From Craspedostauros australis (lineage: Eukaryota), in contig JALAGF010005881.1 in the NCBI GenBank assembly GCA_030167865.1, positions 1 through 45,753 on the forward strand: a stretch of DNA of 45,753 nt. Direction: 5' to 3'. The translations under genes were made by a program, and so were the position numbers. Shown piece after piece: positions 1-12,374 of the stretch; position 1 is the first letter of the stretch; each line of letters starts with the position of its first letter. Below the pieces are notes generated by a model that made no database searches, had not been told where the DNA came from, and worked only from the letters and a program-made list of their open reading frames with translations.

Positions 1-1779
1 GCGACATTCGAAGATCTGAAGACGCGGCCATTCCTGGGAATCATCGCCCAGGGCAATGCACGGATGGCTTCCATCTTGATCGATCAAATGTTCCATTCGG
101 GGTTCCTGTACAACAATCCCTATGATGAGATCCGACTGATGTATTTGGTTTTTGACAAGTTCATCAATTCAAATGCAATGGGATCGCTGTGGAGCGGCCA
201 TGAAGGCTCGAACAAAAATGCCGAGCCAGGTGTACCACTAGCGGAAGTCCCAAACTCGCAACATTTGCGGGACAAAGATATCATTGCAGCAAAGGACAGG
301 ATGGCTGCATCATCGCAAGCCTTTACGGCGCTTCTCTATCCAGAGCCCTTCGAACTACCCGCCAATGACACAACAGCACAAGCGAAGGCAAGGGCGCTCA
401 GCTACGGCCCTTCATTCCATAGCTTCTACAACGCGTTCCGTGGAACCGCTGCACCTGCTCCTGCCGAGGAGGACGATGACAGGCCGACACCTATGCGGCT
501 GCTCGTTCGCAGGTACGGGATCGTGGTACCGGCAGAGTTTACAGGCAAGTGGACCGAAACGCAAACACTATCACAGCCGTTCATCATGAAGGACGTGATG
601 CGACTACTGTGCATCTGGCTTGCGAGCAGTGGAAAACGGTCGAGGGAGGCCAATGCGTTGTTGGGAGTCCATTCGTTTGGGTTCGAGGTGCTGTCAACTC
701 AGCTTGTGAGTAGTGCCATTACAGCAGCCATGACCATCGAGGAGAAGAAACGCAAAGACCTGCACCACATCTTGACAAAGAGCCTCAAAATGTTCCTGAG
801 AGGTTACACCAACGATGGCGACGACACAGCCGAACATGTTGACAAGGAGATCAAAGAGGCGTGGGAGGCATTCAAAGACGTGATTCCTGTCTCAACCGAA
901 TGCGATCTCACCTTGGATGGCATGTACTCTCAGAAATCCGCGATGTGGTTGAACAAGCGAGACGAACACGGGAACACTGAGACGATGGGCGACTTGGATA
1001 AGGTGAAGGGAATCATGGTCACACCAAGTGATGGTGATGTTCCATGCGACCTCTCCAGCGTGGAAAAGCGGGACCTTGATCTCGCGAAAGCAGAAGCGGC
1101 GAACGTGGAGACCCTGTTCATGGACAAACATCAGATGGAAGGTCTTCAACAGTTGGCAGACAACAAGGGGAAACCACCACATACGTTGTTCCCCGCCCTT
1201 GCGACTGTGGCTGGGAGTGACAGCAATCTCGCTGATGGAAGCGTCTCGTTCATCGGTGCGAAGTGGAATGCAGACAAGTCAGAGTTGTTGGATCATGCGC
1301 TGTACACCATCTTCATCCAAAGCAAGACCTGCGTCGACGGCCCCGAACTCGACTCCGAAGAGATCCGCCAAAACAAGGACAGAGTGTGCGATGAGCTCCT
1401 CAAGATTCCTTTTGGGAAGACTGGTCTGTACTGCTTGGCGTACAAGAAGGAGAAGCTGCCAGATACATACAATGGGAATGCAGCAGTCGGCCCTCGAGAG
1501 GACACCCCACACGCCGTGAATGAGGAGAAGGAAATTGGGCGTGCGTCGTATGTGTCTTTCCCAACCGACGAGATGGGGATCCTACCCAACATGATGAAGA
1601 AAATTGAAGATGCCCGCGATCCGCACAAGAAGATGGACGCACATGGTGTCGGGTTGATCCATGGCGAAGACGACAATGCAAACGACATAGACGATTCAGC
1701 CTTCATTGACGATGTACATTACTACTACGATGATTATTTATATGATGCAGAAGACGAAGACGGCGGGTGGGATGAGTAG
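1..1779 (+). CDS. Hypothetical protein, 5'-truncated (C-terminal >=592 aa)
   Basis: Frame is open from base 1 to TAG at 1777-1779. Composition is protein-like with an acidic tail. No domain recognised. Confidence 0.65.
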   Translation, partial: ATFEDLKTRPFLGIIAQGNARMASILIDQMFHSGFLYNNPYDEIRLMYLVFDKFINSNAMGSLWSGHEGSNKNAEPGVPLAEVPNSQHLRDKDIIAAKDRMAASSQAFTALLYPEPFELPANDTTAQAKARALSYGPSFHSFYNAFRGTAAPAPAEEDDDRPTPMRLLVRRYGIVVPAEFTGKWTETQTLSQPFIMKDVMRLLCIWLASSGKRSREANALLGVHSFGFEVLSTQLVSSAITAAMTIEEKKRKDLHHILTKSLKMFLRGYTNDGDDTAEHVDKEIKEAWEAFKDVIPVSTECDLTLDGMYSQKSAMWLNKRDEHGNTETMGDLDKVKGIMVTPSDGDVPCDLSSVEKRDLDLAKAEAANVETLFMDKHQMEGLQQLADNKGKPPHTLFPALATVAGSDSNLADGSVSFIGAKWNADKSELLDHALYTIFIQSKTCVDGPELDSEEIRQNKDRVCDELLKIPFGKTGLYCLAYKKEKLPDTYNGNAAVGPREDTPHAVNEEKEIGRASYVSFPTDEMGILPNMMKKIEDARDPHKKMDAHGVGLIHGEDDNANDIDDSAFIDDVHYYYDDYLYDAEDEDGGWDE

Positions 1780-2775
1780 AATACTCGAGTAATATACACA
1801 GTGATGCACTTCTCTGGAGTTTGCGTATGACGCTCAAGGGTTGATTGAGAGCTATTGCTGTGATGACTGCTTCCGTTGTTGTTGCTTCCGTTGCTGTTGA
1901 ATGTACCGTGCCTGCTGTGACTATCAATGCTGGTATGCTCTTGCGTCCAACTGCTTGATGGAAGGTGTGGTTGGTTCCATCCGCCACAGCAGAGCTGTCG
2001 ATTCCAATGCTCGTCATGGCGATGGTGATGACGGCGTTTTGGGATGTTCCGGAGGGCGGGCCTACCGCTTTCGCTGTTGCGGCCGCTGGCGCACTTGCTG
2101 ATTCTGTTGGTATGGATGCGCTCGATGACACACCAGGACTGACCTTCGTGGTCGCCACAACTGAACCAGGCCCCGCAGTCGTCATGGGCCTAACTGATCT
2201 GCCCAAATGCTGATGCTGCGCCGTCATGAATCGTTGGACGGAAAGGCAGAGGAGACAGAGGAGACAGCGAACAGGGTCACCAGGGTTGTGAACTGTGATC
2301 CCACGGAGGCAGAGGCAGAGGCAGACGCAGAAGATATCTGCCTGATGCGCCTGTGGCCATTGTCATGGCAGCGGATGCTGGATGTCGCGACCCGCATTGT
2401 GCGAAGCCTGTTGATGTTGCTTTGTGATTTGGCGCGAATTGGATTCGACAGAAAACGCGCGAAGATGCCGCCAACATCGTCACCACTTTTCCAATCACGA
2501 CTATTCGGGACAAACCAGATCGACACCATTGACTAGATCGACTTCAAAACCTGAAAACAATTGTGCGGAAGTTCGCCACAACAAGCACGGTGTTGTTGGC
2601 GACCGTGGAGAACGCACAATCGCAGGTCTGCAGCCACACCTTGTCATTCATTTTATAGTTGTCTCCGCAGATCGTGTCCTGCAAGTGCCAACACAACTCT
2701 TGTGCATTGACAATCGAAGAGGAGAGTGGTATTGCAAGCGACAGGAACAGCAACAGCAACGGCAACGGCAGAAAA

Positions 2776-5511
2776 ATGACAAACCAGCCGTCAGCGCTGT
2801 CGACCTTGAGCCTGTCAGGCAATGCCTCGCAAGCGGCGGCAAGGCGGCCCAGGTCCTACGCCGATGTGGCTGCTGGGGCGCCTGTTGCATCAGCAGCGGC
2901 TGCCTCTGCGCCTGCCAACCGCTCTGCCAACCCCTCTGCGGAACCCAAGGCCGTGACGGTCGGTGGGAACGAGGCAGAAGGACAGCTGAGCGAAGAGGAG
3001 CAGCTGAGCAACGACCTGAAGGTGTTTCTGGAGAATCCGCTGCTGAAGCAGCAGCTGGCGGACGGAAGCCTGGATCTGGCCGCTTACGGAGGACAGGTGG
3101 AGGACGAGCTGGCTGTGCTGGAACGCCAGTGCATATCGCTGTACCAGGACAAGGCGAAGGACATCCACACGCTGCAACGGGAGCTGCACGATTGCGATGG
3201 CGTCCTGGCGCTGTTGGAGGAGCTGCTTCTAGGCTTCCAGGCCGACCTAGGCGGTCTGTCCGGTGACATCCGCACCCTGCAGGAGACCTCCAAGGACCTA
3301 AACTACCAGCTCTCCAACCGCCAGCATGCCTGCTTCGGCCTGCGCCAGTTCCTGGAGCACATCGTCATATCGCCGCAGCTGGCGCAGACCATCACGGATG
3401 GAAAGATCAACACCAAGGACTTCGTTTCGGCGGTGCAGCAGCTCGAGCAGCTCGTGCGGGATGTTTACGACAGCAACCCGCAGGTCTGGAGCTGCGACAC
3501 TCCGCCATCGGCCACGGCAGCGGGGAAGGAGATGCAAGAACACGTGTCGCAGCTCAGGTTGCTTGCCGTGCAGCGCATTCGCGAGTACTTCCTGCACACG
3601 CAGATCCAACGCTTCAAGCAGGCCAACACCAACATCCGCATGATCCAGGCGCACGGTCTCATTCCCTACGCCAAGCTATACGACTTCCTCCAGTCCGCCT
3701 CGCCGTCGTCGGCGCAGGAGGTATTCTCCGCCTACTGCGATCGAATGAGCAAGACCATGTACGCGCTCTTCCGCACGTATCACGCTCAGCTCGCGCCCCT
3801 CGACATCACGAGGATCTCCGCGACGCGACAGGATGTCATCGCGATCGACGATGCCGTGCTCAGGGATTCGCTCACCACCAAGGCCAAGAACCGCGTGGAC
3901 GTCTTCTCGCTCAAGACCAGGGCGACCGACGTCCTCAGCGCCATGCGCATCCAACCGGGTCCGCACGGCGCCGCAGCATCATCGTCGTCGAGGCAAGGTC
4001 ACGCTGCATCATCTTCATCCGCAACTCCATCGAAGGGATCCATGTCTCACAACAACCCCAGACGATCGCCGTCGTCATCGTCGCATGGATATCCCAGCAA
4101 GGGGACGGCTGGAGCTCCACCCGGCTCTCTCTCGTCCTCTTCTGCCGCCGGTGCGCCCACCAACGCGGCGTCGACATCCTCAAACTCCATCATATCAGCG
4201 CACGTCGCAGCACGCTCGGGCCACATGTTCCCGTACGAGCGCATATTCCAATCCATCCTGTGCCATTTGGTCAATGCCGTCACCAACGAATTCGTGGTGT
4301 GCCGGCAGCTGTTCAAGCGCGACGCGTTCGATCTCATCTTCCGATCCACCGTCCAGCTCGTGCTTGAGCAGCTGGAAAATTACCTATTCTCCTGCCACGA
4401 CGTGCTATGCCTCCTCCTCATGATCAAGGTCACGCACTCCATGAAGCGGATGGCCCACCACCGCACCATCTACTCCATGGACCCCTTCCTAGAGAGCATC
4501 ACGCAGCTCCTTTGGCCGCGGTTGCAAACCGTCATGGCTGCACACCGTCGCAGCCTGCAGCAGGCAACATCAACCTCGCTCGGCGGCATCGACTTGCACG
4601 GCCACTACGTCTCGCGTCGATTTGCGGAATTGACCTGCAGCATCCTGCTCATCTTGCAGGAGAAGGATGGTTCCACACCGACCATGGGCACGGCAACGAC
4701 TGCTGCCGGCGCGGCTGGTGGCAGAAGAGACAACCACAGAAATAGAACGGGTGCCCCGCGGAAATCACCTTCCGTCACGACCCCGGACGAGGATCCAACA
4801 AGCGCCGCAATCGCAAAGCGTGCTTTCATGAGCAAGAATCCATCGAGCGAGACGGCGTCATTGAACAATGCGACGGCCAACTCTGTCGCAACGGCCGGGG
4901 ATATGCTGCTGCAAGACCTGAACGAGCTGGCGGACGACTTCTTGTCTCTCATGAAGCGCCTTGCCGAGGAGACGCACACATCCAACAAGAACAAAGCGAT
5001 CTTCCTCATCAACAACCTCGATTCCGTGGTCTGCATCTTCCGGGAACGTCGCGTGGTCGGCAAGGAGCTCAACCGCATCCTCGAAGACTTGCTCAAGCAG
5101 CGCGAGCTCTTCGTCGAGGAGGAGCTGCTGTGCCACGGGTTCTCCAAGATGATCGCCTTCCTGCAGCAAACGGAGGCCCACCTCGTCGCGGCCGCCAAGA
5201 ACAAGGACATGAAGCAGGACATGGTGAACGTCCAGGTCGTGGAGGCGCTGGTGCGGGACTTTGCGTCCAACTGGCGTCAGCGATTGGAGGACATGAACCG
5301 CAACGTCCTCAGCTATTTTTCCAACTTTCGCAACGGCATGGAGATCCTGAAGCAGGTCCTCACGCAGCTCCTGCTGTACTACACCCGCTTCCAAGACGTG
5401 CTGCGCAAGGTCTTCGCAGCGCGGGGGCAGGCCATGCCATCCTTCTGCAAGGATCTGGTGCCCACCGCCACCATCCTTGCGGAAATCAAGAAGTACGCTC
5501 TCTCGATTTAA
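2776..5511 (+). CDS. VPS52: Vps52/Sac2, GARP/EARP complex subunit
   Basis: Motifs LLGFQADLGGLSGDIRTLQE, YERIFQS, HYVSRRFAE, FLINNLD and FSNFRNGMEILKQVLTQLLLYYTRF match Vps52. First ATG at 2776, intronless, two Ser/Ala-rich inserts. Confidence 0.95.
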   Translation: MTNQPSALSTLSLSGNASQAAARRPRSYADVAAGAPVASAAAASAPANRSANPSAEPKAVTVGGNEAEGQLSEEEQLSNDLKVFLENPLLKQQLADGSLDLAAYGGQVEDELAVLERQCISLYQDKAKDIHTLQRELHDCDGVLALLEELLLGFQADLGGLSGDIRTLQETSKDLNYQLSNRQHACFGLRQFLEHIVISPQLAQTITDGKINTKDFVSAVQQLEQLVRDVYDSNPQVWSCDTPPSATAAGKEMQEHVSQLRLLAVQRIREYFLHTQIQRFKQANTNIRMIQAHGLIPYAKLYDFLQSASPSSAQEVFSAYCDRMSKTMYALFRTYHAQLAPLDITRISATRQDVIAIDDAVLRDSLTTKAKNRVDVFSLKTRATDVLSAMRIQPGPHGAAASSSSRQGHAASSSSATPSKGSMSHNNPRRSPSSSSHGYPSKGTAGAPPGSLSSSSAAGAPTNAASTSSNSIISAHVAARSGHMFPYERIFQSILCHLVNAVTNEFVVCRQLFKRDAFDLIFRSTVQLVLEQLENYLFSCHDVLCLLLMIKVTHSMKRMAHHRTIYSMDPFLESITQLLWPRLQTVMAAHRRSLQQATSTSLGGIDLHGHYVSRRFAELTCSILLILQEKDGSTPTMGTATTAAGAAGGRRDNHRNRTGAPRKSPSVTTPDEDPTSAAIAKRAFMSKNPSSETASLNNATANSVATAGDMLLQDLNELADDFLSLMKRLAEETHTSNKNKAIFLINNLDSVVCIFRERRVVGKELNRILEDLLKQRELFVEEELLCHGFSKMIAFLQQTEAHLVAAAKNKDMKQDMVNVQVVEALVRDFASNWRQRLEDMNRNVLSYFSNFRNGMEILKQVLTQLLLYYTRFQDVLRKVFAARGQAMPSFCKDLVPTATILAEIKKYALSI

Positions 5512-5791
5512 GCAGTGATGGTGTGGAGTGGCGTGTGGTATTCGGAAGTGTAAACACTCGTATTCGATGATAATAGGCATGAATGGATAGAATACTCCAC
5601 TCTACTCCACAGCACCCTGCTCACTTGACCTCGCCCTTCGAGGATCATTGCGGATCCCTTGCGACGTAGAGTAATGGAAACGCATGATAGAGTACTGTGA
5701 TAATTGTTATATTCGTAGTGTTACATTGCAAAGACCATCCAAAGAGCATATTCCTCCGTCAGTGGCTGTGCGCGGCGCAGATGACAAAAGT

Positions 5792-6939
5792 CTAAAGATC
5801 CGAGTTCATGGACGACGCGTCCAGCGATAAGGAGGAGGACGATGCAAACTCATCGTCATCATTCGCGTCGTCGTTGACCGCGCTGCCGCCACGGCATTCG
5901 TTGATGCTGGGTGGCTTGGGACGGTGCAGGCTGAGCTGGATCATGTCGCCGGATCCGCAGAAGGCACCCAAGACCATGGGCTTGCGTGGCGGGTTTACAA
6001 GGGAGTCGGAAGAGGAGGACGAGATCGTGGAAGAAGATCTGGTCAAGCGCGGTGTCCCTGTGCTTGCGGCCGGGTTGACGTCCTGCGGCGCAGTCGCCGG
6101 GGACGACGGTGTCGGCGACGTGATGAGTGGACCATCGGGGTCGGATTCGTTCATGTCGGTTCCGTTTTGGATACTTTCCGGATTTGGCGCGGTGATGTTC
6201 ACGCCGTCGGCGGTGGGAGTGTCAGTGTCAGCGGCAGTGTCGCTGTTGCCATGCATTTCGGCGCTGTCGCTACCGCCAGTGTTGCCTGCACCATTGCTGT
6301 TGCCTGTGCCGCTGTCGTCGGCGGAATCCGGTCCAAAGAGACCGGTGCCATGCTGCCTGGCGGATTGATGACGATTGAGGCGAATATTCTCCTCGGTGTA
6401 CGGGATTGTGCGCAGCTTGAATCGACAGGTTGGACATGTGGCATTACGCTCCAACCATGGCAGGATGCAGGATGAGGAATGGTAGAGATGGCCGCAAGGC
6501 AGCCTGGTGACGAGGCAGCCAGCGTTCATGCTGTCCGCACAGATGAGGCATTCCAAGGCGCCCTGCTGCTGCTTGGGAATTTGCTTGAGGCGCAGGTGCA
6601 GCAGATCGCAAACGATGCGCTTGTCGACATCGTCCGGGGCCGCATTGGGCGTTGGCGTTGGCGATGTGCCGGTATCGGTATTGGCATTGGCATTGGTGTT
6701 GACGTCAGTGTTGGTGCTCACACTTTCGGTTGGTGTGGACGCACTTCTGACGAGCGACCTGGGGATCCGACGGTCGCGGTTGCGACTGCCACTGCGGCTG
6801 GATGTAGCTGCCGATGATGACGAGGGGGAGGATGACAATCGGCGAAGACGAAATAGTCTTGATGGTCTCCTGAGGGAAGATGTCGATAGGCGCCTTGGCA
6901 TTGGTTGTGAAAGCATCTGCGTTTGTTGCTGCTGCTGTG

Positions 6940-6977
<38 letters not shown>

Positions 6978-7258
6978 ATTTGGGTCTGATTGATATCGCC
7001 GTTGGAACCGTTGGCATCATGCGGCGCATTCCTGCTCTCTGACTCTTCCATCAAGGTCGGAGGAGCCGTGGAACTGCGACGGAAAAGACGCCGGTTCCTG
7101 GTGCTGGATGAACCATTGCTTGTGCTGGCATTGCTTGTGCTATTGGCAGCACTGTTGCCTCTGTTGCCTCTGTTGTTGCTCGCATTGGATCGCCTATTGT
7201 TGCGGCCGCTGCCATTGTTGCTGGATCCCGACAGAGCGGACTTGAGGAAGGACATCAT
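5792..7258 (-). CDS. RING-H2 finger E3 ubiquitin ligase with disordered flanks and polyQ
   Basis: CLIC-x14-CGHLYHSSSC-ILPWL-x5-CPTCR at about 6425-6550. Confidence 0.85.
6927..6978 (-). repeat. (CAG)n-rich polyQ-encoding tract
   Basis: Interrupted (TGC)n on the + strand inside the RING gene. Confidence 0.9.
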
Positions 7259-7403
7259 GGTGGAGCGATGGTGCTGATGCTGGTGTCGGTGTTAGAGTTG
7301 TTGCTGCCTTTAATGAGTTCTGCTGCACTATGAGGCCCAATATTCTACCAGTGTGGCTTCTTCCTTCGGGGTTTGTGTGTGATTGTGGCTTTGTTGGCTC
7401 GCG

Positions 7404-7821
7404 GATGTGATGTGATGTGATGTGATGTGATGCGTCGTGACACGCTTCGGTGGATGGACGGGTGTGGGTCTGCGCAATGACTTTGATGACTTGATATGGC
7501 GTCTGCCTTGATTTGTGTGCCGAGACGTTTGTTCTGTGACCAGTACCTTGTTGAGAAGAGGAAGACGCTCGGTTCTCTGTTGGGGTATTGCGATCGCCTT
7601 GTCTTGCAGCGTCCTTGTTTGGTCTTGGATAGATGAGCGAGGCAGGCCGGGGTTATCAGAACATGGAGATGCCACAGAACCGAGAGGCAATGACGTTACG
7701 AGAAAGCAAATTCCGAAAGAACTTTTCGATCCAGAGAGTTGTGTGTCACGATCGTGCTCGTCCTTCTCCTTGTCCTCGTGATGTGATGTGATGTAATAGC
7801 CGTGATGTGATGTGATGTGAT
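7404..7821. repeat. (GTGAT)n pentanucleotide microsatellite clusters
   Basis: Arrays at about 7404-7431 and 7778-7821, upstream of the RING gene. Confidence 0.8.
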
Positions 7822-9106
7822 AGTTGTGAGACGATGGGACGCAATCCAATGCGAGTGGGATGCAATCCAGAAATGGAAGAAGGTGCGATACTTCCTGCGA
7901 TTTGAATGAGCTTTGGTGATGCTCTTGTGATGCTTTTGTGTGCTTTCCGTTTGGCCTCTCAATCAATCGTCGTCCTATCGAGCATTGGGCGACGCGGTGC
8001 GACACGATGGAGCACCTCCAACGATACAGCAGTGGGGATTGTGTGGGATTCGTCGTTGGCACTTCCTGCACTTCGTTGTGTCGCTGCGATGGTTGCTCAC
8101 TCCCTTGCTCGCTCACTCTCACTCCGTCTGTTTGATGGCCCGTCCGAACTTGTGGTCGTGCAACGTGTGACCTTCCCAATGCGATTGTATGGAAGGTTGA
8201 TTGGCTTCCTTCCGTCTTTCTCAACTCCCTCTCGCAGAACAGAAGAAAAACAAATGAACGCGTCGCAGTCATCATGTCTGCGCATCATTGTGTGATGTCA
8301 TCTCGATGATTCATGGAGCAAATGTTTCGCGTCGCAGCGCAGGCGCGTAATTCGCCGCAGTCCACCCGTGCCAAATTCCCACGGTCAACAAAGTCCGTGC
8401 GGACAACCGCCACATTCGGAACAATGCCGTGACGCGCCGGGCCATATCAAGAAATGTCAATGACACAATTCCTACGACCAGAAAACTCCGTTTGTCGCCA
8501 TTCGAAAATCGACTAACATGACTACCATGATTTAATCGTGCTTGTGTTTCGCTTTGGCGCCATTCTTATCCGTCTGGCCGTCTTCCGCAATGATACCAAC
8601 AACCAATCCCCACAAAACCGTCGTTGCGTTCTCCCTTCTCTCTCTTCTCTTCGTCTGTTGTGGACAGAGCATCAGAGATACGGGTGCTGCGCGAGTTGCA
8701 ACCAGATAGGCGGCAGCTGCATCATGCCGGGGCGTGTGGAGAGTTGATGCCGAAGCGAGAAGCAACAATCGGTCAGGACGCTCGACAGGAGATTAGCACA
8801 CGGCAAGAGATAGGGCAAGTGGGAACAACAAACAGCAGGAAGAATCCAATCGAGTTGTTCTGAACAGAGACCAGTGAACGCCGATTTCGGAGTTCGAAGA
8901 AGACTGTGCGACTGGCATGGAACTGAAAGTGGGAGTGGACATTCGAAAGCAGCACGAAGATATCATCAGTGGAGGGCCATACACTCGACTACTATCAAGT
9001 ATTACATCATAATACCTTGCTGCAAACAAGACAGGCGCTCGGACCATTGACAAGAACGGCTTCGCAGCAATAACACAACACAGCAACAGCACAACACAGC
9101 ACAATC

Positions 9107-9804
9107 ATGAGGTTGCTCACGCACAACTCGATGCGCAACAATTCCTTGGAGGCGGACGGGAAGGGATACCCCTTGCGGATAACTCCCGTGGATGTGCAGG
9201 TGGTCGATGATCCTGCCGCGCAAAATGTTGGGGCACGGGAATTGGAATTCATCAAGTCCGCGCTGCCCAACTTGGATTGGAATGCTCTGGTGAAGGTACG
9301 TGCCGATCATGTGCGGAATTGCGCAGCTGAACTAGTGCATCTGCTCGCCCTGTTTCCTCAATAGTATTATGTGATGATGGTGATGGTAGTGATGGTAGTG
9401 GTGTTGGTGGTGATGGTGGTGGCTGGCTTCCAATCCCACGCATAGGTGCTCGTCTCCCACATTCGTATGTGTCGCACTTGGATTTGGAAACGTGTCTCAC
9501 TCACTCGCTCAATTATCCATGCATCCATCCACGCACGCATCCATCCATCCATACACCCGTCCCCTCAACCCATATTGTTTGACAGGCTGCATCCGAGATG
9601 GGACTGTCCACGCTGCCTCCCACAGTGACGGAGGAGATGGCATCCAACGTTGCATTTCAGAAGGCTCTGTACCACGTTCTGATGAACGTCCGCCTCGTGA
9701 AGGGCATGCTGACGTGCCCCGTGACAGGACGCGAATTTCCGGTCACCAATGGCATCCCCAACATGATGCTGGCGGAGGCTGAATGCGAGAAGGTCAGGCT
9801 GTAG
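9107..9804 (+). CDS. TRM112: Trm112 methyltransferase activator subunit (2 exons)
   Basis: Exons 9107-9295 and 9586-9804, intron GTACG..GACAG in phase 0. Motifs MRLLTHN..GYPL, LDWNAL and GMLTCPVTGREFPVTNGIPNMML. Confidence 0.95.
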
Positions 9805-10393
9805 CACGGCCATGGTGTGCGTTCGTACTTCAAGTAGGAGGATCACCCTGTCGTGGTCCATATGCAAAATAGAGAGTACTAATACATGGCAATATACTCG
9901 TACCATCTGTGAACGTGGAGTATAGTAGAGTGCTCGGGAGACTTTATTGAACAACGCGGAGTGCGGCACCGCGAAAAGTGCTCTTGTCATGCGATGGGCC
10001 ACTGCCGCTTCGGCTACAATTGTTATATGTGGCTCCCAGTTCGTACATCCAACTCTCGCCATGTCTACTCGCACGCACGTGCACGACTATTATTGCATGC
10101 ATTGTTACATGAATGACACGTCTGGGCAATCACAGTTTTGTGTTGTCATAGTTTGGCACTGCCAATGTGATTGTCTGGCCTTCATGCAGTTCGCAAATGA
10201 TACGACCACGAGTAGAATCGGCAACCTCGATCAGTGTGCATCAAAACACAAGAGTCAACCGGTTGGTGCACCATACTCATACACGTACGTACGTGCGGGT
10301 GAACTGATTGTTGTACAGGATCCGCTAACAAATTATGACTCCGCAACGCGCAACCAGACAAGCACTGCGCCGTTGCGTGTGGATCGAATGGTC

Positions 10394-11638
10394 TTAGCAC
10401 TTCTCCTCGTACATTCCCATCTTGATGAAGACGAAGGATGGATTTATTCCCTCGTAGAAGCCGAAGGCCATGCTGCCATCTGGGTCCATGGAGGAGGAGG
10501 TGAAAAATTGCATGTCGTTGTACTTGGACAAGATCCACTTGCAGAAGCCTGGGGCGGACTGGGTGAAGGCCTTGACCTCTGGTCCTGGGACCTTGTCGTC
10601 GTCCTTGAGCTTCTGGCGCACCTGCTTGCAGTATGCCTGGAGGTATTCCTTAACGTCCTTCTTGGACATTGGGATCTCGTGGAGATCGAATCCGATGGTC
10701 TCGTCAACCACGTTGTTGACGAGCTCGGCACCATCATCGAGGTCGTCACCGCCACCTCCGAATTCGTTTCCGCAGCCGATATCAACAGAACCGCCGGTGT
10801 CCTGTTGGTTTGTCAAGAGTTCATGTCGTGGCACCACCATGCATTCATATCAGTATGGCAGCACGATACAGACCGATATTGTTGTGCGTAGATTTTGTGG
10901 TTCATGCATTTGATTTTCGCGCGTGGCATATTTCGCAGTGGTTGTGGCCGTCGCAAATGTAGTCGCGACCACACATGCGTATGGGGTACGCACGTATGAG
11001 TGAATGCGAGTCCACCATAGCATAGCACAGCATGGAATGGTATAGAATGGCATGGTGCAGTCCCGGTGGCAGTACCAACCACCGCAAGGTCAGTTTGATG
11101 TCGTTGATCGTTGGTTGTTGCATTGCATTCGCAGTTCCAATTTGAGCGATATGAGCGCAGACCAAGAAGAAGAGTCAAGAATGAGGTATTGCACGGCGGT
11201 CGCAGAATGATATCATCCCAAAGAAGACGCCACCAGTGAAGACGCCACCAGTGAAGACGCCACCAGTGAAGACGCCACCAATGAGGATGGCAATGAAAAT
11301 ACCGACAGAAAGTCATGAAAAAGATGGGTGAGGATGCGATTTGGGGCGTTTGCGGAGATAAACAACGCAGTGTTCGCAGCATGGAGCGAATTGATGCGAT
11401 TGCCGGCCATCACCAAAAACCAATGGGAACAAAAACAGTGGCAACAGGCTTCTCGAATGCACTGCAGAGACGCAGGATTGCGGAGGAGATCAGCCAGGGA
11501 ACGCACCTTGTTGACCTTCTGGGATTCAATGCGGATCAAACCAACGACCTCTTCACCATCATCGCCCTTGACTGGGACTGGCTTGAATGCATCGGAGAGC
11601 ATCTCATCGTTGGTGAATCGGCACTTGTAGATGATCAT
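10394..11638 (-). CDS. TCTP: Translationally controlled tumour protein (2 exons, 179 aa)
   Basis: Exons 11638-11507 and 10801-10394, intron GTGCGT..AACAG of 705 nt. Motifs MIIYK..DEMLSDAF, VDIG, QFFTSSSMDPDGSMAF and GMYEEKC. Confidence 0.95.
11223..11282. repeat. 15-bp tandem repeat GAAGACGCCACCAGT x4 in TCTP intron
   Basis: Three perfect copies plus a fourth with one mismatch. Confidence 0.95.
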
Positions 11639-12374
11639 CTTGTCTGTCTTTCTTTGATGTCTTGTTTGCGGCAGAGAACTTGGGAGTGTTGTGGGGAGTT
11701 GCGATTGTGGACGTGGCGATCATTCAGTCGCAGGTCGCTCTCTTCTTGGTGGGATTCATGCGCATTGCTGTTGTTGGTGGCAAACAGCGCAAGCAACGCG
11801 TGACTGTTCTCGTTGACGCCCTGCCGAAGAATCCTTCGTTGCGTTGCGAATCTCCCCATGATTTCCAGTCGTCGTTGCCGCACAAGTCCTCTTGTCCACG
11901 ATCGTGGAGTTTCGTGGTCATCGTCTTGTGGCCACAACAGCAATGACGCCGTCGCTAAATTCCGAATTCCAAATTCTGCTGATGTTTCAGTCCATGTAGT
12001 CAATGATGGCCTGGCGCCAATTTGCGCCGACTTGCATGTCACACCGTGACAACATCAACCACACAACAAACATCACGAAAGATACGTTTTGTGTCACCAT
12101 GATGGCGCAAATGCCAGACGCACATTGATGTTCTGCGACAGGGTCCCGATCCACCAACAGTAAGGCGACAGTTGGATTGGGCTACTCTACACCGCATCCA
12201 CTCTCTGCTCTTCATAGTCGTAGTCGTACCAAACTTTGGTCGTATTCCGCAGCACATCAGCGTGATTCTCACAGTACGAGTACAGATCGCACACGTGCCA
12301 ATAAAGCATAATATTCCATTCTATTAGACAGTATAGCACAATAATCTCGTGCCAGTGGGTCGTACACTAACGGC

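Noticed and set aside
1703..2536. Ser/Thr/Ala-rich ORFs between the first ORF and VPS52
   Set aside because: Low complexity, no domain and no consistent splice model. A small gene cannot be excluded.
7328..8275. 315-aa minus-strand ORF
   Set aside because: Runs through (ATCAC)n microsatellites. More likely 5' UTR or promoter of the RING gene.
9371..9560. GTGATGA C-box-like motif in the TRM112 intron
   Set aside because: Part of a (GGT/GAT) low-complexity run with no downstream CTGA D box.
9947..10891. 314-aa plus-strand ORF
   Set aside because: Antisense to TCTP exon 2 and its 3' flank, TTG start, no domain.
11223..11282. Repeat array as a possible CRISPR
   Set aside because: Head-to-tail 15-mers with no spacers, inside a eukaryotic intron, and no cas genes.
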